A stretch of DNA of 63,974 bases, filler included, from Octopus bimaculoides (GCF_001194135.2; 4 parts of 4 records of this genome joined end to end with filler, not necessarily neighbours in it); one strand, 5' to 3'; positions 1 through 12,208 are shown, numbered from the whole stretch's first letter. Notes: generated by a model from the letters alone, not told the origin. Numbers and translations: made by a program.

Positions 1-33
<33 letters not shown>

Positions 34-100
34 TGCGCGCACGCGCGCGTGTGTATGTATATATGTGTATGTGCGTGTGTATGTATCATGTATGTGTGTG

Positions 101-333
101 TGTCTCTCTCTCTCACCATCACTTGACTACTGGTGTCGGTGTGTATACGTTCCCATGACATAACGGTTTGGCAAAAGCAAGCGATAAAACAAGTATCAGG
201 CTGCAAAAAGAAAAAATAAATAAATAAAATACTGGGGTCGATGCATTCGACTAAAATTCTTCAAGGCAGTACTCCAGCATGGCCGCAGTCGAAATGACTA
301 AAAACAAAAGCAGAAGACAGATAATAAAAAGAT
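101..333 (+). mobile_element. SINE family B, 3' half (after internal microsatellite)
   Basis: CACCATCACTTGAC...GGCAAAAG...CTGGGGTCGAT...CAGCATGGCCGCAGTC...TGACT matches the tails at 10813, 19344, 24176, 29641 and 50805. Confidence 0.85.
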
Positions 334-537
334 ACAGGAAACTTCTTCATAGCCGGTACTCGGATAACCAGTACTCGTATAACCAGTACTCCGTTAAGTA
401 GTACTCCATGCCCGTCGCTATGGGAGTGCACTGGACGGCCCTTCCCCAGTCACTATTCAATGGTGCAGCACCCGCAGTTTTACAGTGATACACTTATTTC
501 GAAACTCCACTTTAACATTATTATCACAAATTAATAA

Positions 538-730
538 GGGGTCGAGCTGGCGAAATGTTTAGCGGTATTTCGTCTTCCGCTACGTTCCCAGTTCAAATTC
601 TGCCGAAATCGACTTTGCTTTTCATCCTTTCGGGGTCGATGAAATAAGAACCAGTTACGCACTGGAGTGGATGAAATTGTCTAGCTCCCTTGCTCCCAAA
701 AAGGCCCTGTGCCTAGAGTAGAAATAATTA
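538..730 (+). mobile_element. tRNA-derived SINE family A
   Basis: B-box-like GTTCAAATTC followed by the family body GACTTTGCTTTTCATCCTTTCGGGGTCGAT...AAGAACCAGTT, as in the best copy at 9571. Confidence 0.85.
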
Positions 731-1133
731 CTGCACTACTCTCAAACAACTGGCATCCAGAGATAAGAAAAAAGAAAAAAGAAAAAAACAATGTGCTGAA
801 AATTAGAGTCAAGATAATTTGTGCCAATTTATGTAAATTTATTAATTACCATTAAAAGAAAGAAGCGTTTAGTCATGTCTGATATGGATCGCTGCTTCTC
901 TAAGTACAGTAGAGTATTTTTATTTTATTGTATTTACATTACCTGTATCCTTTTAGGTTAATAAAACTTGTACTTAATTGTGATGATCTTTCTTAGACAA
1001 CAAAATAGAGTGTTTTTCAATGTATTGCTAGCCTTGCCGAGGCTCAAGGTGTTACGTTTATGAATTTGCTTTGCAAGATTCCTGACGTGAAATCGTGTGT
1101 TCAAACAGATATTGTTATATTTCGGTATGGTAA

Positions 1134-1352
1134 GGCGGCGAGCTGGCAGAATCGTTACCATGCCGGGCGAAATGCATAGCGGCATTTTGTCCATCTTCAC
1201 GGTTTGACTTCAAATTCCTCCGTGGTCGACTTTGCTTTTCATTCATCTGGATCGATAAAATAAGTAGTAGATGCGCACTGGGGTGGATGTAATCGACTTG
1301 CCTACTTCTCCTCAAATTTCAGATTTTATGCCTACAATAGAAAGGATTATTA
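1134..1352 (+). mobile_element. tRNA-derived SINE family A (tail type 2)
   Basis: Head GGCGGCGAGCTGGCAGAATCGTT, body GGTCGACTTTGCTTTTCAT, tail AAATTTCAG...TAGAAAGGATTATT. Confidence 0.9.
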
Positions 1353-1365
1353 TTGTTACTGTTAA

Positions 1366-1498
1366 GGCAACACACTGGCAGAATCGTTAGCAGGCCGGGA
1401 GAAATGCTTAGCGGCATTTCGTCCGTCTTCAGGTTCTGAGTTCAAATTCCGCTGAGGTCGACTTTGCTTTTCATCCTTCCGGAGTCGATAAAATAAAT
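1366..1498 (+). mobile_element. SINE family A, 3'-truncated
   Basis: Head, B-box GAGTTCAAATTCCGC and body up to GTCGATAAAATAA. Confidence 0.85.
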
Positions 1499-1875
1499 AT
1501 CGTTCTTTATTTCAGCTTTATTATTGTTCTTATTTATAGTATCCTTTGCCATAAATCTTTCGCCCCACATCCTGTGACCGCCTCAGCGACTCTCCATCCC
1601 ACGTATCTCTTCCTGTCCCGTTTAGCCCATTCAAGAATGAACTTTTACTTAGATTATACTTTATTTCTTCCTAATTTTTTCTCATTTCTATATTCCGAAT
1701 ACTAATGTATATACTGATGTATATAATTTTAATGTGTTTTGTAAGGTGATAACTAATTCAAAAAGCGATGATCATATATCCGGCAACCTTTCAGTGTCCT
1801 GATGTCTGTCTGAAAGTTTTTGATCATAGAAATGTGCGATTATGATTATTCTATAAGCTAAGCAGCGAGAATTAC

Positions 1876-2091
1876 AATAATCCTTTCTACTCTAAGCACA
1901 AGGCCTGAAATTTGAAGAGAAGGAACTAGTCGATTACATCGACTCCAGTGTGTCACTGGTACTTAATTTATCGACTCCGAAAGGATGACAGGGGAAGCCG
2001 ACCTCAGTGGGATTTAAACTCAGGACGTAGCGACGGGCGAAATACCGCTAAGTATTTTGTTCAGTGTGCTAATATCTGCCAGCTCACTGCC
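1876..2091 (-). mobile_element. SINE family A (tail type 2)
   Basis: Reverse complement of the 1134 and 9571 copies. Confidence 0.9.
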
Positions 2092-2105
2092 TTTGTTCGA
2101 ACTAT

Positions 2106-2323
2106 AATAATCCTTTCTACTGGAAGCACAGGGCCTCAGATTTGTTGGGTGGGGACTAGTCAATTTTATCGACCCCACTGTTTCACTGGTACTTAATTTA
2201 TCGTCCCTGAAAGGATCAAAGGCAAAGACGACCTCGATGGAATTTGAACTCAGAACGTAGCGACGGGCGAAATACCACTAAACATTTCGCTCGACGTGCT
2301 AACGACTCTGCCAGCTCGCCGCC
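2106..2323 (-). mobile_element. SINE family A (tail type 2)
   Basis: Reverse complement of family A; head CTGCCAGCTCGCCGCC on the + strand. Confidence 0.9.
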
Positions 2324-2337
2324 ATTGTTAGAACTGT

Positions 2338-2535
2338 AATAATGGTTTCAAATTTTGGCCCAATGCCAGCAAGTTTAAGGAATGGGGGTAAGTCGATTGT
2401 ATTTACACCAGTGCTCAACTGGTACTTATTTTATCGATCCTGAAAAGATGAAAGGTAATGTCGGCCCCGGCGGATTTTGAACCCAGAAGGTACAGACGGA
2501 CGAAACACCGCTAAGCATTTAGGCTGCACGCAGCC
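2338..2535 (-). mobile_element. SINE family A (tail type 3)
   Basis: Family A body with the alternative tail GGTTTCAAATTTTGG...GCCAGCAAG on the + strand. Confidence 0.85.
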
Positions 2536-2714
2536 TTCGAAAAAACAGTAATGGTAACAACGACAACAGAGCTTCTACATGGCCGCTAGACATATCAGCA
2601 ATGTCACCATGAACCTCACCGTAATGTTTTGAATGTAAGAACAATATAAAGAGGTATGATTGACAAGAATAAAGAGTCTTACGTCATAGATTTTGTTCGT
2701 TCAGAGTTGACCTG

Positions 2715-3025
2715 CAGCTGAAGAACAACAACAACAATAATGATTAACAACAACACCACTACCGTCACTAGCTCCTCCACAACCACCACCATCACCACCA
2801 ACAACAACACAAACAATCAACAACGCTGCCAACACTGCCAACACTGCCAACAAACATCAGTATGATCACCAGTCACCACAACAACAGCAGCAACATTTAT
2901 CATTACCACCACCACCACCACCACCACCACCATCACCACACCCACCATAAACAACAACAATAATAAAAGCCACGACAACAACAACAACAGCAACAGCAGC
3001 AGTGACTACAACAACAACGACACAG
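2715..3025. repeat. Compound (CAA)n/(CAC)n/(CAG)n trinucleotide tract
   Basis: Visible imperfect trinucleotide repeats. Confidence 0.9.
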
Positions 3026-3155
3026 GCATGGTTTTAAATTGTCGAAAAACAGTTGCTTTTAAGTGGTGAACCAGAAGTAATTTCACGATGAAAATTCCCT
3101 GTTCTAGCCAAAATGGCTTCAGAAACATTATTTTTATTGTATTAATTATTTATAA

Positions 3156-3256
3156 GCCGCTGGGATCGAGATTGCCTTTCATCCTTGTGGAGTCGATAAA
3201 ATAGGTAACACCCCCTAAAATATCAGGTCTTGTGCCTCGCTTAGAGATCGTTAATT
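3156..3256 (+). mobile_element. SINE family A fragment
   Basis: TTGCCTTTCATCCTT..GAGTCGATAAAATA plus type 2 tail. Confidence 0.7.
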
Positions 3257-3275
3257 ATTTATAAANNNNNNNNNN

Positions 3276-3307
<32 letters not shown>

Positions 3308-3635
3308 GCGTATGTATGTGCGTATGTATGTATGTATGTATGTATGTACGTACGTATGTATGTATGTATGTGAATGTATTAAAAATATGCATGCATACAG
3401 ACACAAACACAAACAAACGCATGGATATACATAATACGTATGTACAATACGATATATTCAAATATAAATATGCTATTTTTGAAATGAAGGAAATCTCCAT
3501 CACAGGAGGATAGCTGTGAAAACAGTTTAGAGAATTGGGTAAAAATACTGTTATAGAGGGAAAAAGAGGCCAGCAAGCCGCTACACAAGAGCTGAATTCT
3601 GTATCTTGTTTATGAATATGCTAACATATATTATA

Positions 3636-3805
3636 GACGTACATACGTACATACATATATAAATTCATTCATACATACATACATACATACATACATACAT
3701 GCATACATACATACATACATACATACATAAATTCATTCATACATACATACATACATGCATACATACATACATACATACATACATACATGCATGCATACAG
3801 ACATA
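3636..3805. repeat. (TACA)n tetranucleotide array
   Basis: Visible tandem TACA units. Confidence 0.95.
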
Positions 3806-3898
3806 CAAGACCCTGTTGATGTTGAAATTCCAATGAAGGAGCCTTGGATCTATTGGCAAGAAATCTTGAAATAAAATTGAAAAAAAATTGAAAAATGG

Positions 3899-4984
3899 TA
3901 CACAGAATCCGTCGTCATATCGCGGTTTATTATTTAAGCTTACGTCGATTCCACCGCGGTGTTGTTTTGCNNNNNNNNNNNNNNNNNNNNNNNNNNNNNN
4001 NNNNNNNNNNNNNNNNNNNNNNNNNNNNNNNNNNNNNNNNNNNNNNNNNNNNNNNNNNNNNNNNNNNNNNNNNNNNNNNNNNNNNNNNNNNNNNNNNNNN
4101 NNNNNNNNNNNNNNNNNNNNNNNNNNNNNNNNNNNNNNNNNNNNNNNNNNNNNNNNNNNNNNNNNNNNNNNNNNNNNNNNNNNNNNNNNNNNNNNNNNNN
4201 NNNNNNNNNNNNNNNNNNNNNNNNNNNNNNNNNNNNNNNNNNNNNNNNNNNNNNNNNNNNNNNNNNNNNNNNNNNNNNNNNNNNNNNNNNNNNNNNNNNN
4301 NNNNNNNNNNNNNNNNNNNNNNNNNNNNNNNNNNNNNNNNNNNNNNNNNNNNNNNNNNNNNNNNNNNNNNNNNNNNNNNNNNNNNNNNNNNNNNNNNNNN
4401 NNNNNNNNNNNNNNNNNNNNNNNNNNNNNNNNNNNNNNNNNNNNNNNNNNNNNNNNNNNNNNNNNNNNNNNNNNNNNNNNNNNNNNNNNNNNNNNNGATG
4501 TATCAATACCAGCAGATGACAACGTTTCTCTAAAAGAAATGGAAAAACTTTCAAAATACAAAGACCTGGAAATAGAGATAACTCGAATGTGGAATCTAAA
4601 AACAGAAACAATTCCTATCATAGTAGGTGCCTTTGGTATAATAAAAAAATATTCAGACAAATACATAACAAAAATAGCAGGACTTACAAATATATATAAC
4701 ATACAGAAAATTGCACTACTGGGTACTGCACACATTCTACGCAAAACACTTTCAATACAGTAAACATAAGAGCACCACAGCAAACCACAGCACATACCCA
4801 AGGCGCACAGAGCTGCGCTCGGTAGTGAAGTGAAAGCACGTTATAAAAATAAAACTACTGAATAATAATAATAATAATAAGAAGAAGAATAGATATACAG
4901 TACAGTACTGTTTCTACTTCGTGGATTTTCACCTATCGCAGGGGTTTTTGGAACGTAACGCTCGCGATAGTTGAGGGATTACTG
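3899..4984 (-). mobile_element. Non-autonomous Tc1/mariner-pogo-like MITE split by a gap and a LINE
   Basis: 3899-3970 and 4897-4984 match the two halves of the contiguous copy at 38658-38945 in reverse complement; end GAGGGATTACTG is the complement of terminal CAGTAATCCC. Confidence 0.7.
4497..4880 (+). mobile_element. R4/Dong-type non-LTR retrotransposon 3' end (restriction-like endonuclease C-terminus, 3' UTR, (TAA)n tail)
   Basis: DVSIPADDNVSLKEMEKLSKYKDLEIEITRMW...IPIIVGAFG...LLGTAHILRK, with the D..P...EK..KY..L motif typical of RLE; stop at 4763; TAA tail 4859-4880. Confidence 0.9.
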
Positions 4985-4985
4985 G

Positions 4986-5026
<41 letters not shown>

Positions 5027-5129
5027 TGCACGCACATGCAAGTATATATGCATGTTATGTATAAATATATATTATATATATAGATATGTTTATATATATT
5101 TCATCTATATATATGTATATTCATGTATG

Positions 5130-5191
<62 letters not shown>

Positions 5192-5351
5192 CATGTGTGT
5201 GTATGTGTGTGTATGTGTGTGTGTGTATGTGTGTGTGCGTGGGCGTGTGCGTGTGTGAATGTATGAATGTATGTATATATGTTTCTGTGTATATATACGC
5301 TTACATATATGCATATATATATACATATATATCGATTCATATATTCATATA

Positions 5352-5391
<40 letters not shown>

Positions 5392-6330
5392 TCGTATGCG
5401 CGCGGCTAATATATATGTATGCATGTATGCATGTATGTATGTAGGGATGGATGGATGGATTGACGTATTCAAAGTTGATGATTCACGACTGCATCGCCGT
5501 TCAGGTATTATTGTTACGCGTGATCCTTAATGTATCGCCCAAAGGATCTTCACAAATAACTCATAATATAATTATCAGCTTCAAGGGAAGAAACTCTACT
5601 ACGTGTTTACCCGTTTCGATATTATGTNNNNNNNNNNNNNNNNNNNNNNNNNNNNNNNNNNNNNNNNNNNNNNNNNNNNNNNNNNNNNNNNNNNNNNNNN
5701 NNNNNNNNNNNNNNNNNNNNNNNNNNNNNNNNNNNNNNNNNNNNNNNNNNNNNNNNNNNNNNNNNNNNNNNNNNNNNNNNNNNNNNNNNNNNNNNNNNNN
5801 NNNNNNNNNNNNNNNNNNNNNNNNNNNNNNNNNNNNNNNNNNNNNNNNNNNNNNNNNNNNNNNNNNNNNNNNNNNNNNNNNNNNNNNNNNNNNNNNNNNN
5901 NNNNNNNNNNNNNNNNNNNNNNNNNNNNNNNNNNNNNNNNNNNNNNNNNNNNNNNNNNNNNNNNNNNNNNNNNNNNNNNNNNNNNNNNNNNNNNNNNNNN
6001 NNNNNNNNNNNNNNNNNNNNNNNNNNNNNNNNNNNNNNNNNNNNNNNNNNNNNNNNNNNNNNNNNNNNNNNNNNNNNNNNNNNNNNNNNNNNNNNNNNNN
6101 NNNNNNNNNNNNNNNNNNNNNNNNNNNNNNNNNNNNNNNNNNNNNNNNNNNNNNNNNNNNNNNNNNNNNNNNNNNNNNNNNNNNNNNNNNNNNNNNNNNN
6201 NNNNNNNNNNNNNNNNNNNNNNNNNNNNNNNNNNNNNNNNNNNNNNNNNNNNNNNNNNNNNNNNNNNNNNNNNNNNNNNNNNNNNNNNNNNNNNNNNNNN
6301 NNNNNNNNNNNNNNNNNNNNNNNNNNNNNN

Positions 6331-6395
<65 letters not shown>

Positions 6396-6397
<2 letters not shown>

Positions 6398-8760
6398 AGA
6401 TGCTTTTTCGTGGTATGATTAAGCCCCACTTTTTCTGGTTTAATTAATTTTCGTAGACAGATATTGCTTCCTACCAGGCACGCTTGCATATTAACGTCTC
6501 CGCTTCCTTCGTGCATATTAGAATGACTACATCACCAAGGTTCCCTCTGCTATAGTTGATGCTATTCCATGGTCCTCGCAGTTAACACTAAGACCCAAAG
6601 TAAGTACTATAGACACCGAGTTAGTTGATAGACGGGAATATTCTATATCGGCCTCTTCTGCAAAGCTGTTGGACGCGGTTGTGAACTCCTTATCATCAGT
6701 GTTAGAAGAATACCAAGTTTACGAGTCAGGTCATGCGCAGGAGAGTAAAAATCTCCTCACTTACATCTTCCGTTTAAATCGATGACCAGCAGCTCTACTG
6801 AGGTAAATTATCACTGCAGTTAAAGACCGCTGGTGATAATATTCTTACAGTATACGAGAATGGAGTTTGGACATGATGCGTGTTGATATTTAATAGTCAT
6901 TCGAGGAAAGATTATTGATTATTGACCAAACGAAGAATATTACTATCAGTAGCTTATTTATCTCCCTCGTTTCTTGTATCGATATGCTACAAGTCTATAT
7001 GAGTGATGAGAGTATTACATACGTTGGTGTTGTGAGTAAAGTTAGAGTGACAAAAGAATACTTGAAGCTGTCTGCACTCAATAAAACTATATATTCCATA
7101 TCGTTGGTTTCGTGTCAGTGCCAGGACAAATATTTGTGGTAGAAGACTGAGCCATTGAAGAGATACCTGCATTCTGAAAATCAAGACTAGAAAGATATTG
7201 ATTTCAAAATTTGGCACTAAGCTAGCAAGTTCGTGGGGGAAAGGATTAAGCCGATTACACCGACCCCAGTGCTCAATTGGTACGTATTTTATCGACCTAG
7301 AAAAGATAAAAAGCAGAGTCGATCTCGGTGGAATTTGAAGTCAGAACGTAAAGACGGACGAAATGCCGCTAAGCACTTTGCCCGGCGTGCTAACGGTTCT
7401 GACAGCTTGCCGCCGTCAAGACTAGATAGATATTAACTAGCAAAAGTAACTTTCTTTTCAACGGAGATTGAGTGGATCTACGTACATACAGAAGAATGGA
7501 AACAGAGCCATAAGGTCGTTCATTAGGCTATCGTTCTAGGCAGACACACGCTGAAGAGTAAAGGGAAATAAATGAATACATCATGACTTTATTCAACAGT
7601 GAAAATAAAAATACTGAAAATCGACAAAATACTCCTGAATGATTCGGGGTGACAGCGTTAAGCAGTGGTGTGCCTAAATACAAACTTGTTAGCAGTTCAA
7701 ATATGTTTGGGTCATATTCGAACACGTAAGAGAGCCATTCACTGTGTTTTGTCAGGAGGAAATTTCTTGTTGTAAGCAAATAGACACTAATATACTGAAT
7801 CAGCTCACAATGCCACCTGACCAGACAATAGGATACATTCATTCGGAGTGGTTATCTCCTCTTCAACCAGAGAAACTGGGCAGGAAGGCACTGTATTCTG
7901 AGTGGAGACAATTTTGTGTGAGACCAGAGTATCTGGACTAATTTACTTAAACAAAAATTTGGGGAGGGTACGAAACACTCATCATGTCAGCAGGAAGTTA
8001 TGCAAGGATGTCTAGCTAGCAAGAGGATAGCGGCAACATTGATAAAAAGATTAACCGCTCCTGAATCTGTGGTAGATAAATCACGCCCCGCCCAGGAGGA
8101 CAATTCTTCGCTACATAGGGACAGGAGATAGCTGCTAAATACTCGATCAATTAAGGAGATAAGATTGCCTTGAAATATAAATATGATAGAAAATGCCGAT
8201 TGTATCGTACCACTGTGGAAGATATCACGTACATCATCAGTAGCCGTTTAAAAATGCTCACAAGGCGTTATCTTCTTAAGAGATATTACATTGTTTCTCA
8301 GACTAGTCAGAATGCAATCCGCAAAAGCCTCATCAGAACTTGAATATATCCAGGCCTTTAAAAGTAATGAACACTAGTAAGTCATTCGAAAAAAAAAACA
8401 AAAACTCTGAAATATGGTGCAAACACGATGGACCTGATATTGATGTACTGGACGGGGAACAAAAATCATGTCCAGGCGCAGCGATCAGCTGCACAGCAGA
8501 TATGCTTGCTTCGTCTAAAATTGTGAAAAGAGAGAGTGGATCTATTTATAAAGGATTTATAACTCTGGTATCCAAGTTGTAGATTCATTTTTACGTATTA
8601 CGATATGCAGTGTGAACTATTTCACAACAGATTTAATTAGAGACTGGAAATGCTGGGATTTTCCAAGAACAAACAAAGAAAACAACTTGCGGCATCCAAA
8701 TCCAATCGATTCTTATCACAACGAATATTTGTAAAAGACTCAAAATATTCATCATTGGAT
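6396..8760 (+). mobile_element. Highly decayed R4-type non-LTR retrotransposon (RT to RLE), interrupted by a SINE
   Basis: Frameshifted motifs IDDQQLY (about 6778, YxDD region), RMEFGHD, KYDRKCRLY..VEDITYIISS, CKHDGPDI, IQIQSILITTNICK; collinear with the 15442-16086 ORF. Confidence 0.75.
7197..7414 (-). mobile_element. SINE family A (tail type 3) nested in the R4 LINE
   Basis: Reverse complement of family A head and body. Confidence 0.9.
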
Positions 8761-8875
8761 TTTTCGTAGATGATCATGCGCAGTCACATAAATGCATAGA
8801 GCAAACGCAAACATTAAATGTAATTACGCAGTCTGGAACGAAAAAGACATGTGATTATTACATAAGTACAAGAAT

Positions 8876-8931
<56 letters not shown>

Positions 8932-9339
8932 NNNNNNNNNNNNNNNNNNNNNNNNNNNNNNNNNNNNNNNNNNNNNNNNNNNNNNNNNNNNNNNNNNNNN
9001 NNNNNNNNNNNNNNNNNNNNNNNNNNNNNNNNNNNNNNNNNNNNNNNNNNNNNNNNNNNNNNNNNNNNNNNNNNNNNNNNNNNNNNNNNNNNNNNNNNNN
9101 NNNNNNNNNNNNNNNNNNNNNNNNNNNNNNNNNNNNNNNNNNNNNNNNNNNNNNNNNNNNNNNNNNNNNNNNNNNNNNNNNNNNNNNNNNNNNNNNNNNN
9201 NNNNNNNNNNNNNNNNNNNNNNNNNNNNNNNNNNNNNNNNNNNNNNNNNNNNNNNNNNNNNNNNNNNNNNNNNNNNNNNNNNNNNNNNNNNNNNNNNNNN
9301 NNNNNNNNNNNNNNNNNNNNNNNNNNNNNNNNNNNNNNN

Positions 9340-9401
<62 letters not shown>

Positions 9402-9570
9402 AACATACATATATACACATGCATATGTAATTGATATATACATATTTATATATGTTACATATATAACTACATGTATGTACGTGCATATATATACACATAC
9501 ACATATATGTATATGTACATACAATATGTATGTTTATCAATCTGTCTATCTACACATACACACACACAAA

Positions 9571-9801
9571 GGCGGCGAGCTGGCAGAAACGTTAGCACGC
9601 CGGGCGAAATGCTTAGCGGTATTTCGTCTGCCGCTACGTTCTGAGTTCAAATTCCGCCGAGGTCGACTTTGCCTTTCATCCTTTCGGGGTCGATTAAATA
9701 AGTACCAGTTACGCACTGAGGTCGGTATAATCGACTTAATCCGTTTGTCTGTCCTTGTTTGTCCCCTCTGTGTATAGCCCCTTGTGGGTAGTAAAGAAAT
9801 A
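9571..9801 (+). mobile_element. SINE family A, best-preserved copy (tail type 1)
   Basis: GGCGGCGAGCTGGCAGAAACGTTAGC (A-box-like), GAGTTCAAATTCC (B-box-like), body GCCTTTCATCCTTTCGGGGTCGATTAAATAAGTACCAG (recalled as similar to the mollusc MESC/Meta domain, unverified), tail TTTGTCTGTCCTTGTTTGTCCCC. Confidence 0.95.
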
Positions 9802-10253
9802 ACACACACATGCTTATCTAATGCTACGTGTACCGTTATACGTGCTGGCATTGCCTGGCAGTAAAGAGTATCGGTTTGTAACCATGTTTTCTGAGGTCCA
9901 TTACACTGCGAGGCAAATGACATTTTTTGGCAACATGGGCTTGACCAATTCCTAGTCGGTCGAATTTTGGAAGATTAGTTGGTGGAAATGGTAAGGAAGT
10001 TCTCTAGACGAACCACTCCAGTGGGATACATTGAACTGCGGAGAAGGTAATGTCAAACGACCTCTGCATCGAGCGAAATAAAGATGACTGATATTACAGA
10101 AGGTCACCAGATATCAAAATATTAATAATTCGATGGCGTTTCTTTTATAATGTTATATATGTATGTGTGTGTGCTATATTCTATTCGACTGTGATTGTCT
10201 ACTGAAATAGTTTTACAAACTCTATAAGAAACATCGGCTAGATTATATCCATC

Positions 10254-10257
<4 letters not shown>

Positions 10258-10342
<85 letters not shown>

Positions 10343-10355
10343 CTATCTGTCTATC
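10258..10355. repeat. (CT)n-(CTAT)n compound microsatellite
   Basis: Visible. Confidence 0.95.
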
Positions 10356-10440
10356 TGCCTTCTTCTCTATATATGTATGTATGTATGTATGTGTGTCTAT
10401 TTTTGTATGTGTACGTCTACTAGAGTGTACTGTATCAACA

Positions 10441-10590
10441 ATAATATTCTTTTCTGCCATGTGCACAAGGCCTGAAATTTCGGAGAAAGGGGACAGCCGA
10501 TTACATCGACTCCAGTGCTCAACTGGAATCCATTTTATCGACCTGACAGGACAAAGGCAAATTCTACCCGGGCGGAATTTGATCTCGGAA
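10441..10590 (-). mobile_element. SINE family A, partial (tail type 2)
   Basis: GCACAAGGCCTGAAATTT...CGATTACATCGAC...GGCGGAATTTGA. Confidence 0.75.
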
Positions 10591-10812
10591 TATTATACAT
10601 AGAATATTACCGACATACAAGCATGAGTGTGTTTCTGTATAGAAAAGTTATGTATTTATGAACGCATGTACATATATATGTGTGTGTGTGTGTGCGTGTG
10701 TGTGTGCGTGCGTGTGTGTGAGCGTGTGTGTGTGTGTGAGTGTATGTGTATGTGTGAGTGTGTGTGTGTGCGCGCGCCTATATATATATATGTATGAGTA
10801 TGAGTGTATGTA

Positions 10813-11049
10813 TCTTTTAAACGTTTACATGTTTTAATCATTAGACTGAGGCCACGCTAAGGTACCGGCTCCAAAAATGTTTAGACGAATGAAGCAACCC
10901 CAGTACATTTTTTAAAGCCTATCGATCGTTTTTGCCGAACCGTAAACTCACCAACACCAGTTGTGAGGTGGTTGTGGGGAACAAACACAGACACACAGAC
11001 ACACAGACACACATACACACAGACACACAGACAGACACACGTATACACG

Positions 11050-11092
<43 letters not shown>

Positions 11093-11301
11093 ACACATAC
11101 ACACACAAGCACGCACGCTTACACACAGACACACACACACACACATAGACACACGTACGATGGGCTTCTTTCAGTTTCCGTGAAACAAATCCATTCACAA
11201 GGTTATAGTAGAAGACACTTACTCAAGGTACTATGCAGTGGGAGTAAACCCAGAAGCATATGGTTGGGAAGCAAGCTTCTTACCTCAAGGCCAAGCCTGC
11301 G
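10813..11301 (-). mobile_element. SINE family B, full length with internal (CA)n
   Basis: On the - strand: tRNA-like head (GTAAGAAGCTTGCTTCCCAACCA), CORE-like TTGAGTAAGTGTCTTCTACTATA, ACGGAAACTGAAAGAAGCCC, microsatellite, then the family B tail. Confidence 0.85.
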
Positions 11302-11517
11302 CTTATATGTGTGTATACACATACACACACAGACACACAGACACACACACACGCACACGCATGGTTCCCGGAAGCAGAAGTCTTTCGACATTTCGAATGT
11401 GCTGAGAGTTTATTATTTTTTTTTCTTATGGGAGAACCCTGGCAGGTAGTCAGTAGACCCTTCTTGGCCCTCCGGTTTCAAGCCGATGTATCGACCGAAC
11501 ATTCAGTCGCATAAAGC

Positions 11518-11852
11518 TGTTATGTATGTATGTATGTATGTATGTATGCATGTATGTATGTATGTATGTATGTATGTATGTATGACTGTATGTATGTGAA
11601 TGTATGTATGTATGTATGTATGTATGTATGTATATATGTATGTTTGTATGTACGACCGTATGTATGTGTATGCATGTATGTATGAGCATATGGTATGTGT
11701 GTATATATGTATGTATGTATGTACGAACGTGTGCATGTATATATGTATATATGCATGTATGTATATATGTAGGTATGTATGTATGTATGTACGTATGTAT
11801 GTACGACCGTATGTATGTGTTTGCATGTATGTATGAGCATATGGTATGTGTG

Positions 11853-11886
<34 letters not shown>

Positions 11887-12005
11887 TGTAGGTATGTATG
11901 TATGTATGTAGGTATGTACGAACGTGTGTATGTATATGTATTTACGAACGTATGTATGTCTGTATGTGTGTATGTGTGTGTGTGTGTGTGTATGTATGCA
12001 TGTAT
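11518..12005. repeat. (TATG)n array with higher-order duplicated blocks
   Basis: TACGACCGTATG...GAGCATATGGTATG occurs at 11651 and 11802. Confidence 0.9.
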
Positions 12006-12168
12006 GTATTGCGTATCCATATGCGTGAATAATTTTTCTGTTTCTGTCTTCGGACATTCATCGATAATCGATAATAAACACCGAATATGCAATGGCGTAT
12101 GTGTAAACATGCATGCACACATGTACGTACGTATTAATGTATAAATGCATGCATATATATACGTATAA

Positions 12169-12208
<40 letters not shown>

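Noticed and set aside
1876-2535. CRISPR-like or satellite-like regular spacing
   Set aside because: The units are SINE copies of about 215 bp with short spacers in a eukaryotic context; no cas genes
9571-9660. tRNA genes at SINE heads (also 29289, 29936, 48984)
   Set aside because: Pol III boxes are present but there is no complete cloverleaf, and they continue into SINE bodies
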